Shown here in pieces: positions 1 to 12,314 of a stretch of 64,000 bases of DNA. This DNA is from Psammoneis japonica (Eukaryota): contig QPGO01000026.1 in assembly GCA_008632985.1 (NCBI GenBank), positions 310,001 to 374,000 on the forward strand, written 5' to 3'. Within the stretch, counting starts at the first letter, position 1. Each line of letters starts with the position of its first letter. The notes below the pieces were generated by a model. It made no database searches. It was not told the origin of the DNA and saw only the letters and a program-made list of their open reading frames with translations. A program made the translations under genes and the position numbers.

Positions 1-564
1 AAAATGTTGAAATTCCATCGAATGTCCGTAGTTCCGTCCTCATTGGGAAGCTTTTGCTTGAGAAAGGAAAACACGTCTCGGGTGTCGGCACCATTGACGT
101 CACCCTTTTCAAAAAAGGTAAACTTTTCATTGGCGCCGTCAAATTGCTTGGCGAAATCCAAGATTTCCTCGTGTGTGCCCTGTGTTGTACGACGAAAACG
201 ATTGAGTAACCCATGTTGCATCATTATCAAAAATACTATTCTCTCGACACGTATGACTCACTGGCTCTTGTCCACCAAACTGGTTGCATGGAAAGGCCAG
301 AACCTTGAAACCGTGCGAACCATGTTCGTCCACAAGTTTCACAAGCTCGGTATAATTCGAATTCGTGAGGCCTCATTTGCTAGCCACATTGACAACACAA
401 AGGACGGATCCCTTGAAATTCGACATGGGAATTTCCTCGCCCTTCATGTTGCGATCGACAATTTTGAAGAAATGATCAATAGCCGTTGGTTTCTCCTTTC
501 CAAAGATTGCCTGCGTGACACCGTCTTGGGCCTTGGCAAAACTGCGTCGCAAAATATTGCTCAT
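1..564 (-). CDS. GPX: Selenocysteine-containing glutathione peroxidase (3' end runs off the window); exons 564-262 and 179-<1
   Basis: The spliced reading is MSNILRRS...[13 protein letters not shown](373-375)[10 protein letters not shown]...[14 protein letters not shown] / GTHEEIL...KGDVNG...DIRWNF. All three GPx signatures are present and TGA sits exactly at the catalytic Sec/Cys position. A GTGAGT...CAG intron spans 261-180. Confidence 0.93.
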
Positions 565-1236
565 GTTCTTCTTGTATTTGGTGTCCGTGAGAGCTCTTCT
601 CAAACGATTGTGGGTCCCTTGGTGCAGTGCGGACAATACTCCGATACTAATGGTGAAACGGGAGGTAGTCGGATCGGTGAAGTTCTTTCATTTCTAACAA
701 TCGTTGGCCGCTGCGATGTGTCAGTCGGTCAAGACGAAGATAGACGGTTGTTCAGAAATGACGTCAGTGCAAAAATTTCGAAAATTCAATATCTTATTCA
801 GTATGATAGCATGTATCAATTTTGAAATTTGAATAAAGTATTTTATGAATGGAGCTTTTGATAATATCCATAGCTTCTAAACGTTACTTTACTTAGGTAT
901 GTACGACCGTACAGTATCAAATTCTTCGAGTGTTTTGGCGGGAAAAAATTACTTATGGCGCCTGTACAGTACAAAATTGACCCCACCATCCATTGCATTA
1001 GGGCCTACCCCCACCCCCACACACTGAAGACGACTCAAGTTTCGGACGATGAGAGAGTAAGTTGGCCCATTCGATTCAGCTCCAAGTGGAGGCGCGGCCG
1101 CAGCCTCAAAAAATACAACATTAAAAAGCATCTTTCAAAACTCGAAGTAAAAGAGAACAAGGCGAGATTGTATTGCTTGATAAGCAGGACGAATGAGCGA
1201 TTTTCTGTGCTGTATTGCAAAACTAGCATCATCCTA

Positions 1237-3636
1237 ATGCTATCCACTACCGCTCACAAACATTTCGCTTCGTCAGCACGCCAAAGAAATTCGTGCTGCT
1301 GTACAATAATTGGAATTGCCTTGGCAAGATCGGCAGCTGCAGCCCCTTTTGGATCGTACAGTTTTCCATTGCGAACTGTAAAAAGAAGAAATCCATTGGC
1401 GTTTTTGCGGAGGAACACATCATCATCATCATCATTGTCATGTTTATTTCCGACTAGTGCTTTTCAAACATCATGGTGTTGTTTACAACAACGTCGCTAC
1501 TTGGCAAAAAAGCAAAACAAGAAGCAACAGAAGAACAAGCCTTCTAAGGCAACCAGACGAGCCGCACGTCGTAAACGAGAAGCACGTGAACGCGAGTATC
1601 GCGAATACAGGAAACAAGAACAGGACCGCGTGAAGAAACTGCACCGACAAAAGAATTTACATTACGCAGCCAAAATGAAACGTGTCTTGTCGACGGCGGA
1701 CTACTGGTTTTCCGAACGAAATTTAAAAACGGACGAGTTCATGAGAGAGCAATTGTTGCTGCATGGCGGGTACATTCCCTTGACTGTGTTGTTGACCTTT
1801 CCCAAGTTTGAGCATTGGACCGACTTGCAGCTCTTGTATGATTCCTTTACCAATCCAGCAGCTGTGAAACGGTACAAGCTGAAAATTGACAAACAATTGA
1901 TGGATACTATGAAACGACAAAAAGAAGAACGAGAGGAACAAATGGCTAGAAGGCTGTACCAACTACAAGAAAGAGCCAGGGCAGAAGACGAGCGGGAGTG
2001 GAAAAGAAAGGAAATGCACCATGAAATATTACAACAGCTCATTGAAGAAAGGAGGCCCGAGGTGTTGAAATCGTTCAATCAAGCTATTGACGAGGAACGC
2101 GCAGAGATTCTTGAAGCAAAGCGAACGGCATATGCCAAGGAGGAACATTTTTCGATTCGCGGTGTGTTGGCTCGGCATCGAAATGAATCGACAGTTGCGG
2201 CCAAACTGTTGGAAACATGGGAAAAGTACGAAACACAAAACGACAAATGGGAGCTCCCAGAGTACTATACCATTGAAGATATTGATGATGAAGTTGTAGA
2301 AGAGCATTACGGTTACGAACTCATGCGCGAAGTCGATGATTATATCTCTGAATACTTGGATGATTCCGAAGACGAGTTTGAAATGCAAGGCGACGACGAA
2401 GAGTTGGCGATCTCAGACGATGCCACTGACAACACTAACAAAGAGGATGCTTCATGCAACATGGTAACGGATAATGATCCTGCGCTTTTTGAGAACCAAC
2501 AACATGCTGACGACCAAGACGAAGAGTTGGCGATTGAAGACGACAACGAGGATGCTTCAAGCAACGTGAGAATGGACAATAATCAGGCACCAATTGAGAA
2601 CCAAGGTGCTTTCGAACAAGACAAAGACTTGCAGTCATGTATTGACATAAACTATGCACTCGTTGGTCACAAACGTGTCACTGTCGAACGCTTGCAAGAA
2701 ATGAACGATTACGAGGGTTATAGCGACGATGATGATTTTTTTGCCGATCATTATGGATTCAACAACTATGGGCTTTCCGTTCATGATTTCGCTTACACTG
2801 ATGACTGGCTTCACGATTCTGATATTCAAGAAAAAAAGAAAAAGAAATCCAATAGCAGTGACGAGACGACTAGCAGTTTTTCCAAAACAACACCGGTAGC
2901 ACCCGCGAAGAAAAAGAAAATGTCTGGCAATATGAAAAATTATGCAACAGAACGTGACATTATTCTCATTTCAAAGTCCAGCAAGTTGGGCAACTTTTGC
3001 GAGCGCTTGCGGAACGAGATCAAGACATCCGTCACAGAAAACGACGACAACCCGTTTGCTTCGGCAGTTGGCTTTGATGTCGAATACGCGACACTGGAGC
3101 TTGACATTCGCAACACTTTGCCCGCCATGATTCAACTGGCTGGTCCACGAGTGACTTCCCCCGTGGGGTTGATTTGGCTGGATAAGTTTCCTAATCACGG
3201 TCGTGGTCTTCTTGGCGACACTAGCGTGCGCCCTTTACTTGACATTTTAGCGGATGCCTCCATTCTCAAAGTCGGTGTTGGAGCTACCCAAGATGCCAAG
3301 CATTTGGCCTCTTGGTGGGGTATCAATGACAGAGACTTCATTGGCGACTTTATTGCCGGTGTTGAAGATATTCGGAGCGAAGTCGAGGATGACAAACTAG
3401 CTGAGGTCGAGAGCTTGGCCGAATTATGCGAAGCAGTCCTCGAGCGTAGGTTGCCAAAAAGGAAACAGAAGGTGAGCAGGAAGAATAAGAAGCGAAAACG
3501 GCAAGGTAAATCCGTACCGACGGCACACTGGCGAGTCAATTCGTCGCAGTTGACACAAGAAATGAAGCGGTATGCTGCCAATGATGCGGCAAGTGGTATC
3601 GATATCTGGATGAAACTAAAGGGTCTGAAACAGTAG
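1237..3636 (+). CDS. La-motif (LAM-like winged helix) + acidic linker + C-terminal DEDDy 3'-5' exonuclease (EXD2/WRN/mut-7-like); Arg/Ser-rich N-terminus may be a mitochondrial presequence
   Basis: DYWFSERNLKTDEFM...GGYIPLTVLLTFPKF resembles the La motif. Exonuclease motifs are VGFDVEY, MIQLA, ILKVGVGATQD, SLAELCEAVL and LTQEMKRYAANDA. The ORF is open from 955; the ATG at 1237 is my preferred start. Confidence 0.78.
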   Translation: MLSTTAHKHFASSARQRNSCCCTIIGIALARSAAAAPFGSYSFPLRTVKRRNPLAFLRRNTSSSSSLSCLFPTSAFQTSWCCLQQRRYLAKKQNKKQQKNKPSKATRRAARRKREAREREYREYRKQEQDRVKKLHRQKNLHYAAKMKRVLSTADYWFSERNLKTDEFMREQLLLHGGYIPLTVLLTFPKFEHWTDLQLLYDSFTNPAAVKRYKLKIDKQLMDTMKRQKEEREEQMARRLYQLQERARAEDEREWKRKEMHHEILQQLIEERRPEVLKSFNQAIDEERAEILEAKRTAYAKEEHFSIRGVLARHRNESTVAAKLLETWEKYETQNDKWELPEYYTIEDIDDEVVEEHYGYELMREVDDYISEYLDDSEDEFEMQGDDEELAISDDATDNTNKEDASCNMVTDNDPALFENQQHADDQDEELAIEDDNEDASSNVRMDNNQAPIENQGAFEQDKDLQSCIDINYALVGHKRVTVERLQEMNDYEGYSDDDDFFADHYGFNNYGLSVHDFAYTDDWLHDSDIQEKKKKKSNSSDETTSSFSKTTPVAPAKKKKMSGNMKNYATERDIILISKSSKLGNFCERLRNEIKTSVTENDDNPFASAVGFDVEYATLELDIRNTLPAMIQLAGPRVTSPVGLIWLDKFPNHGRGLLGDTSVRPLLDILADASILKVGVGATQDAKHLASWWGINDRDFIGDFIAGVEDIRSEVEDDKLAEVESLAELCEAVLERRLPKRKQKVSRKNKKRKRQGKSVPTAHWRVNSSQLTQEMKRYAANDAASGIDIWMKLKGLKQ

Positions 3637-3842
3637 TCAGTGGAACTAACGATTTCTGGATCAGCTTGATGGTGTTGTTCTCACAACAATTGAAGTAGAG
3701 CTTCGCATTCAATGCGTGTGATTGGTCTTCTACTGCGTTTTTGACCTACCCGCTAGATCAAGTTCTATTCTCTAGAGGTGGAGGGCCCCACTGGCAGTAC
3801 AAGCTATTGTAGGTGCCTACTTCTAGTGTAGGGCGCTTCTAA

Positions 3843-4043
3843 CAACACTTTCAAATGGCCATGCAAAACTATAGTGAACAGTCAATCTTACTCATGTTGC
3901 AGAGCTAAAAGAAATGTCTAATAACACCTTCAAACGGCAATGCAAGCTAGCGAACAACTATTCGTAGTACCGTACTCTTAACAGGGCTAGGAAATGCCAT
4001 TTACTCATGAACACTTTCAAACAGCAATGCAAACTAGAAAACA
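3843..4043. repeat. Three degenerate ~80-90 bp-period direct repeats (AACACYTTCAAAYRGCMATGCAA core) between convergent genes
   Basis: The core is visible at about 3844, 3923 and 4010. These copies retain TpA. Confidence 0.6.
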
Positions 4044-4113
4044 AATATTATTCTTAAAATCCCGCACACTAACAAACCGTTTAACCCCAATACAGTGAAG
4101 CTAGCGCTATGCT

Positions 4114-5345
4114 TCACTCGCACGAAACATCCTTTACCGATTCTTGATTCCTTTCCCTTTCTTCCTTTTGCATGGCGTACTTTTCTCGTTGACGTTCTCT
4201 GCATCGCTCGCACTTCGTAACGTGTCCCTTATCGCCAAATGCAGCCCACGGACGGAAGTTTTTGCACCCCTTGCACCACTTAATTTCCATACCAGATTGC
4301 GTAACGGCCCATACTTTCACGTCACACCTGTTGCATAGGCCCTTGTTTTGCGCAGGGATGACCGCAAGGCTCCTCATCTCCTTGTCCTTCGTGGTGCATC
4401 TCACGCTGTTGCTGCTTTTGCTTTTATTACGAGAAAAGCACTGACAGGCTTTGCCACACATGACGCAGAATCGTAATCCATCAGGGGGGTTGGCAGATTG
4501 CGACATGTAGCTAGGAAAGTTGACCAAGAAGGCAAACTCCGGTATTACAGCATGTTGCGCTTTTTCTCGATCCCTATCGAAACAGCTAAAAATGAGCAAT
4601 TCAGAAAACACTCAGTTCAGAAAAAAAAATTCAAGCATAGTACTTACCCAAGGAACATTGGGCCAATCGGAGGCTTGAGCGGGACACATTGACTTTTGGA
4701 TGGGTTTAGAGCGCCCTCCAAAATGCGCTTGGCGGCATTTCCAATATCCCCAACACTTGCAACTGGATAACTCTCACGCTCATCTGTTGCAGCAGCAAGT
4801 GCCAATATTTCATTGTTACTCATACGCGAAGACGCGATGCCAAGGCGATCTTCCTCTGAGTAATCCATCTCATCCCCGTCCTGTCGTCCTTGGAGACCTG
4901 ACAAAATGTGCTCATACTCGTTAACCTGAGAGATAGCTTGAGAACTGTCAATACGGTTGGCTCTAGCGCTCTCTATAGGCCTACTACTCTGGAGATCTTT
5001 CACTTTGTCTTCGAGCTGCTTGATTTTTCTCTTGTCTGAGCGGCGCGTTTCGAGCAATAGTTCTTCTAGTTCTTCCCTGTTCTCGAGGTCATTCCGTAGC
5101 CTATCCCTTTCATCACGCAGCACAGACACTTCTTGTTCTAAAGCTTCAACGCGATTCTGCAATTTCTTTATGGGGTCTGCCATACCAAACAAAGGTGATT
5201 CTTTGCGAGCGCGTTTTTCTGCTTTTCGAGAAGTGGCGTCAGCGTCGTCGCCACTGCGGTGAACAGCCGCTCGCTTTCTATCTCCTCCACAATCGATCTT
5301 CGGAGCGAAGCTTGAACCATCAACATCAACAAGCTTTGAATCCAT
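4114..5345 (-). CDS. Coiled-coil + C-terminal SBP-like Cys-rich zinc-finger protein (putative transcription factor); intron 4647-4511
   Basis: GG|GTAAGT at 4647 and CCTAG|C at 4511 join PMFLG-YMSQ in frame. The C-terminus reads CVMCG...GLCNRCDVKVW...IKWCKGCKNFRPWAAFGDKG...KCERCRERQREKYA. The start is uncertain (ORF open to 5525). Confidence 0.7.
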
Positions 5346-5665
5346 AATCGTTTTGGAAAATAGTGCGACGTGGTACAACGTCGGCCAGTTTGTGTCGTGT
5401 GGCCATTTGCATTCCTTGTCGTCGTTCATCGCTGACATCGCCCAAAAAGTGAGCCATCGCCCAAAATGGCTTGTATTTCCGTTTGGCGATGAGTGTGCGA
5501 GAGGCGGTATGGTACAGTATGACATTTCCCTTAAGACTAAATATTTAATTATTCAAGAGTAAATAGAGATTGATAATGGAATACTTTAATGAAATAACTT
5601 AAACTATGGATACATGTAAAGTAGCAGAATTTTTGTCCACTTACTCGCGCGCGGGGGTGCCACAT

Positions 5666-8177
5666 GGGTAATGCGACTTTACCGGTTTTGGTGGCAAGTA
5701 CAAACTCCTGTAGGATGCACATACGGAGGATTTGTACCATTCTTACGCAAAACAAAAAGTATGCTCTGCAGGCGGCTACTAACTCTCTCTCTAGACAGCA
5801 AGCAATGTCTAACCGACCGGCTGTTACCGGCAACACTACACCGACGCTGTCTTAGCTAGCACGAACCCGACTAAAGTATGATTACAATCATCCATAATGC
5901 AACATAAAGAACGTTTGTAGTTGCCATTTATTTGGCCAGTAGTGTCATTTTAATGGACTGACTTGTGCATGAAGTTTGCTTGAAATCCCCATGCAAGCCG
6001 GACGGGATTCTCATGCTTTCCGAGGCCACGTGCAATGCGATTGCTCTGCTTGAAAACATGAACTGCACATTCATCACCAGATCGAGTTGATGCAACAGCA
6101 CCAATTTGCTTGACTTGTTGAGAAGTGAACCGCCGGTCACTCCTTGCAAAATCAGGCTGCTGCACTGTCATTTGTCGGCCTTGACGCTAAGCCGCCATTG
6201 TCACCTGGCATCCTTTGTCTAGCACATTCAAAACCACTGCATCTGGAGCACCAATGCATTCTTTGACAAACCCCTCTTGGCAATCAAGCATTCCTGCATT
6301 CTCTTGACAGTCGGAGTCAGACATCGCCCCGGACCAAAGTTCCCAGTTCCCCTGCCATCCACAAGTTTGAAGGAAGACAGCACCCTTCGCAACGCATGCA
6401 TTGCAGCAGTGGGAAAACAATGCACGATTTATGTCAGCACACAATGAGTCTCCACATGGCACATTTGTGTCATCCCAAAATGTGGCTCGTCTGTCACCAA
6501 ACTTCTTTGCCCATTTTTCCAGTCGGAAAGCAATGCCCTCGTCGTACGATGCAAAACGTGGACACTGCAACAACAACGTTTGTTTGATTTTTCTGAGCTT
6601 GTGATCGATGATGCTGGCAATTCTTCGTCTGCTCTTCACTTTGTAAGTCACAATCAAAGCTTCCATTGTCATGTTTGTTCGACACCAAACCCACTCGAAG
6701 CAGCAGAACCACTCTTCAAACCACGTGAGAGACGATGTTCGGTCCATCATTTCATCAACCGAACCATCACACACAACCAAAAAACAAACAATGCCAACAA
6801 AAATAGAGAATCGCATCCAGTGCGAACTTTTACCTCTGAATCACTGAGAGCCTCTAGATGGACTGTTGGTGGTGGCTGCACCGGCGGAGCAGTCTTTTTC
6901 GACACGGGCGCACTTGGTCTCGCATTCGACACGGTCACCGTTGTTGTCAATTGCATTGCAAGGTTCGTACAGCCAAGCATCCACCAGCACAGCTAGTTCC
7001 TGCTTGGCTCTCATCAGCTCCAAACCATCTCTTGATTTCCTTCCAGACCTCTCATGAGCAAGTGACAGCAACAATCTTCCGCATCGGTCGTGATCTGTGG
7101 CAACGTCCTTTTTTGTCAAATCCGCAACATTCTTTGAACCAAGACCTGAAACACCGCCAAGCAGCGTCACAGCCAAGCACAAGTCCCAACAAAACACAAA
7201 ATCTAGGATCCAACTCCTTGTCAATGATGGGATGCTTTGCTTCTTGAATTTGCGAGTCTTTCAATTCATCAGAATCATTCACAACATGCAACAGCATGCT
7301 CTTAAATCCGCTTTCCACGGTGATGTCTTTTGTGGCGTTCTCCGATGGCACAAACGACACTGTCTGGAGAGCATGCTCTCCACAAATGAACAAAAAAACT
7401 GAATCATTTCTCAACACAATCTGGGCTTCACAACGGCGAACTAAGTTGCAAACAACCGAGTCCGCCTGGAAGTCTCATGTCATACAAAGAACCGAGGTCG
7501 ACAGCTGAGATTGAGACACTTCCTCGACGACACGCAAGCAAAAGTCTCGAGGAAGCTTCTTTGATCCCTGTGTTTCACAAGACTTTACTCCTGATTGGAG
7601 AATTTTCTGCTTTCCCAATAAATGCATCCGACACGCCTCCGCAACATCTTGCTTCCGGAGTTCTGAGGCAATCTCTGAGGTTTCAAGCCTTGCGTGGCAT
7701 GCTTTGGTGCGAGCCGTCTCCCTCTCCCCAGCCTGCTTGATTGATGCAACTTTTGCATGATGACGACTGTCAGGGTCAAATGCCATTGTTGCATGAATGC
7801 CGGTGTTCACAAGTGACGTGACAACCGACACAGTGCATGCAACAGCGTCACCGCCAGAGGAGCAAGGCCCCTGAGACCGATCCAACTCGAGTCGACAGCG
7901 ATGGTTGGTGGACCATCACATTGACAAACCTCCAACAGATGCTTTGCAGCATTTAGAATGTTTGCAATGGACAAGGAGGCGATGACATGGAGGACCGCAC
8001 CGCCGCCTTGAAAACCCATCGTGTTGATTGATGCACAGAAAAAAGTGCTGTTTTGAGAGCGTGCAACAAACATCAACACGAAACTCGGCACAAATCGTCG
8101 TGCAAAGCTGCACACGCAAAACCACGTGGAAATCCATTTTTGCACCACGCCACCAAAACTGAAAAATCGCATTGCCC
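5666..8177 (-). mobile_element. Degenerate PHIS-group (ISL2EU/PIF-Harbinger-like) DNA transposon with TIRs and AT flanks
   Basis: The left end AT|GGGTAATGCGACTTTACCGGTTTTGGTGGC matches the reverse complement of the right end, AT|GGGCAATGCGATTTTTCAGTTTTGGTGGC. An internal DDE_Tnp_4-like remnant is present. Confidence 0.7.
5950..6816 (-). pseudogene. Frameshifted Harbinger/ISL2EU-type DDE transposase remnant
   Basis: Motifs are WDDTNVP, KGAVFLQTCGW, WSGAMSD and NVLDKGC (family DKGY/F), followed in another frame by FTSQQV...VASTRSGDECAV. Confidence 0.65.
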
Positions 8178-8188
8178 ATGAGGTTGCC

Positions 8189-8768
8189 GCCGTGCGCACA
8201 TGGGCAAAAGGGTTCAGGGGGGGGAGCTGGGGCTTGCCAGTTCATTTTGTTTGTCGAGATGGGTTGTGAGCCACTGGGACGTGCCACGTGCTGCACTGCA
8301 GGTGGCACGGACCACGACGAGCGCATCGTGCTCATGCAGTGCACGGTGCACGCAAACCGCAATGAAGACGCCATGCATTGCAAGAAGATGCCATTGAACA
8401 AACACACCATGGAGGATGATGCGCCTGCTGCGGACGAGTCTTTTCTCTCCTGAGGAACTTGTTCATGAGAATCAAACAAGAGTTCTCAGACAAGATCACA
8501 CTTTCTCTGTTTCTTTCATGCAACAAAAGGCCTGCCCAGGTGCCTGGCTGGCCAGAGCAGACTGCAGTTTGACGTGTGCAACAGATCACACAATGATGGT
8601 TTGACCCACTGCAAGTGGGGCATTCCCTGCCCTGCCAGGTTTGACAGGCAGGAGCATGATGACACATTCCAAAAACTGGGCCCCCGCTTTTTTTGTCGCC
8701 CCCCCCCCCCCCCCCTTTTCATCGTGAAGTGCTCCCCCCCAAACCCTTTTTGCCCATGCGCACACGGC
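8189..8768. mobile_element. Non-autonomous TIR element (MITE-like), copy A
   Basis: Imperfect ~40 bp TIRs (GCCGTGCGCACATGGGCAAAAGGGTT..GGGGGGGAGC / GCTCCCCCCC..AACCCTTTTTGCCCATGCGCACACGGC). The internal sequence recurs at 35977-36500. Confidence 0.75.
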
Positions 8769-11249
8769 CTCTCATGCTTTGCACACGAGCCTCGTCACTG
8801 AAAACAACATCCCAATCAGGGCACAACAACAACATCACAAGAGCTGCATTGATGGGTGACAGAGGGCTGCTTGTTTAAGTCACAGGCAGAGCAATGACCT
8901 GTTTTGTTGCTCTGTTGCTTTTGTCTGTGTGAGAGAGGTCTTTGTGGGGGTGTGGGGGCTGGTGTTTTGGTGCTCAGCTTGGTCTTGCCGTGGGTTTTCC
9001 CAAAATTTCCAAGGGCTGCCATGCTCTTCCATGGGAAGCATGAACTCCTGGGGAACCACCACAAATGCCACTTCATCACACACACAATTCAGACATGCAA
9101 GCAAATTCTTCACACACTGGTGGCTGCCTCCTCCTTGCGAATTGAACAGCGGCCTCTGTTCCAGCTCCAGGTGATGCACATGGGCTCAATGCCCATCACT
9201 GGCCCATTTTTGCATTTGGCACAATGAACTCACTCAAAATCTTTTTTTTTTCCAAAATCAAAGGGTGAGTGCACACAAAACTTTCACTTTTTTGTGTGCA
9301 CTCACCTTTTGATTTTTGAAACGACAAAATTTGAAGGAGAGTTCAGCATGCCAAAGTGCACAAAAAGTCTGCCTTTCGCCTGATGGATTGCACATCACCT
9401 GGAGCTGGAGCAGGCTGCAGCAATGCTTGCTCTTCCAATTGAAGCATCTCATTTGGAGAACAAAGCGGGTCACTCAAATCGCACTTGTGTCATGCAGTCA
9501 TCTCTGGAGTGAAGGCCAAGGCAAAACAGAGCTGCTGTGTCACATGTCATGGCTGACAAAAACATGGTGGAATGACTGGCAATGTTGTTCTTCCCTCTGA
9601 CCTCACTCATGTGCAGAATGCTGTGAATCATTTTTTTTCCTTTTTGCATCATGTTGTCACAAATGCAAACCAAGGGCTCCAGAGCAAAGGCCAAGGCAAA
9701 AACAAAGCCACACACGAGCAACACATCAATGTGGGTGTGATTTGGTGGCAAAGTTTGTTCTTCTCTTGCTCTGCTTTGTTGTGTGTTGATGTGTCAATGC
9801 ATCAGTTGCAGTTGTTGCCCAGAGTGGATGGTCATGGGATTAAAAGCACACCCATCTAAAAAGAGTTGCTTCACATTGTGCTGCAACCCACTCAAAACCC
9901 TCCTCCCCTGAGCCCTTTCAGGCCTTCCTTCCCACAAATTTGCCCTCATTTCCCAGGTTTTTGGCCATTTTGGGGGAATCCCCAAACAAGTGAAACCAAA
10001 CCAAGTTGTGGCAAAAGTGCAGCAAACCCAGCCAACTCAATTTTGGTCTCTGTCTTGTGCTGTGCACTGGGATTTGTGGCATTTGATGTGTTCTTTGAAT
10101 GAGCTGATTGAAGACAATTGCTGTGCTGCACCTGCCCACCACAAATGCTCAGGTTTGAAATTGTTGCTCTGAAGGATGGGTTGAAATCTGTGTGGTTGGC
10201 AAGCCAAGTGCACGTGGGAGATGCAAACAGAAAAATCATGGCACTGTTCAGAGGTGACTTCCATTTTTCTAAAGAGAGACAGCACTGCTTAAAAAGCTGC
10301 AAGGGTGCCATGGAGAGGAGAGAATCAAGAAATGCCTTGTGAAACTGAGGGTGATTCTTCATGTCATGGCAAGTGGAACACGAGAGACAAGATGTGGCAC
10401 AAGCAAGGCACCACATTCTGGATTCATTGGATCTCAGCTCTTGATGGTTGTTGATGCACAGTCCTTCTTTGTTGACAAATTTTGAGCTCTGCCCCCCTCT
10501 TCTTCCAAACAATGCAGCAGCTCCAACAGGCACTCAACCTGACTTTCTCATCAAGGCAAAGGGTTAGGGCCATGGCACAACATTTTGTGTCAAGTCCTCA
10601 TGCCAAACATCTCCATGCTGCACACAACTGAAGTTGGCAAGAGGCAACCCCCTTGATCAAAATTGTTGCTCTGCTGTGTGCGGCAGCGATGCAGGCCACC
10701 AACTTCTGAACACCAAGCTCCATTTGTTGTGCTTTTTTTCTGTTTGCAAAAAACTCAGGGGATTGGAGACATCATCCCCCCAGTCTTTTGAATGACAGTG
10801 CAGCTGCTCACATCATGTGTGCAGCACATGCTCAAAATTGTGAGTCCAAACCAGCAGCACATTTTTGACCTGAGCAAAGTCAAAGGGTTGCTGGCAAACC
10901 ACTTCCCACACTTTGCCCCCCCCCCCCTGCCAGTGGCTCAGGCACCTGTTTGACGGACATGCAAGAGCCAATGTCCATCACAACCACACAAGAGAGAGAT
11001 GCTTGCAGGCCCAGAATTGCCACTCATGTGACATGTGCTGCTGCAAAGCACAGCCAAGCAGAGGAGAGCTTTTCCTGGTGGGACAACTTGCCAAATTGCT
11101 TCTGGGCTCCTGAAGGCACCACAAAAAGTGCTGGCTGGCTTTGAATGACAAGCGCGCCACACACAAAAGCAGCACACACACAAGCAAAAAGAGTGGTGAT
11201 CCACCAAAGCAGGCAGGGGCAGGCCACAGGCAGCTGGCTGATGCAATGT

Positions 11250-11410
11250 CAAAGGTGAGACATGATGTGGATGACAAGGGTGCCAGCAGCAACAGTTTCA
11301 GCAACAAGTGGCACGGTGCACTGCAGTGCACTCAAGCCCATGGAGGCACCATCATCTTTGTGTGAATTTGTGATGCATTGTGTCATGTGATTGGATGAAA
11401 CATTCAAGGC
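11250..11410 (+). repeat. ~150 bp dispersed repeat, copy 1 (copy 2 at 25832-25980)
   Basis: Both copies share CAAAGGTGA..CATGATG..GACAAGGGTGCCAGCA..CAACAAGTGGCAC..CTCAAGCCC..GGAGGCACCA..GGATGAAAC..TTCAAGG. Confidence 0.75.
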
Positions 11411-12314
11411 CTTCTCAAGCACACAATTTCTGAGCCTCCATCTTGGCTCATTTTTCTCCTTGAAAATGTCAAACATTTCTTGGAGTTTGTCAACAAATGA
11501 TTCGAATGGCACAACACGCTCACTCTTGCAATGAAGAGCAGCCTCCAAGCACTCAGCCTGAGAAACATGACAAGAGGAATTTCCTTCTCCCTGGCAGTGG
11601 TCACATGGTGCTTGAAAATCCATGCGTCCATTCTGCTTGCTCTTGTTTCAACTGCTGTTCACTTGGGGTCCCAGCAGCAAGAGACTCAGTCAACAAGTGG
11701 GCAGCATGAGCATCCCCTTCAACTGCAGGACCTTGGAGTGGTGCACATGTGACACACTTCTGAACAAAAGTGTTGTGACCATTGGGTTCAGGTGCATTGA
11801 TTGGACAAATGCGGTGCACCAATGGTGCACCAGACAGTCTCCCAGCACAACACCGAGCATGTTCGTCAATCCGGCACACCACTTCACCCAGCTCTTCTTG
11901 CTCTCAAACATCCTGGGTGCGGTGCCTCTTTGCTGAGAGATTCAGCAGTGGTCTTGGTCTGAGAGCAAATCTCAGTGCAACCAAGTGCCGTCTGAAGTGC
12001 AGCATGAAAAGTTGCCCAATCGAGCCTCAAGAGAGCAGGGCTCTTGCTCACACGACCAAAGTCTTGCACCCAGTGGATGAGAGCCTTGAGACAATGACTG
12101 TGGGCTGATCCAAAATGAATGTGCCCTTCAGCAACCATCCTCCTTGTGCATGATGATGCAAGAGAGTCGACATCCTCCTCCTTGAGGTCTTCTGGCAGGT
12201 CGTCAAAAGACGCGAAGAAGTCTGCCACAAGCAAAGCTCGCTGAGCTGGATCAACAAATGCAATCCAATCCAATCAAGAGCAGTCTCAATCAGATCCAGA
12301 GGAGCAACCACCAT
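11410..12314 (-). pseudogene. Degenerate gag-like ORF of a Ty1/Copia (diatom CoDi-like) LTR retrotransposon
   Basis: Frameshifted peptides LKALIHWVQDFGR, DHCQGEGN and LHCKSERVVPFESFVDKLQEMFDIF resemble diatom Copia gag, recognised from memory only. No pol or clear LTR pair was seen. Confidence 0.5.

Noticed and set aside
4..825. 273-aa plus-strand ORF
   Set aside because: It is the antisense shadow of the spliced GPx gene and has no recognisable motifs.
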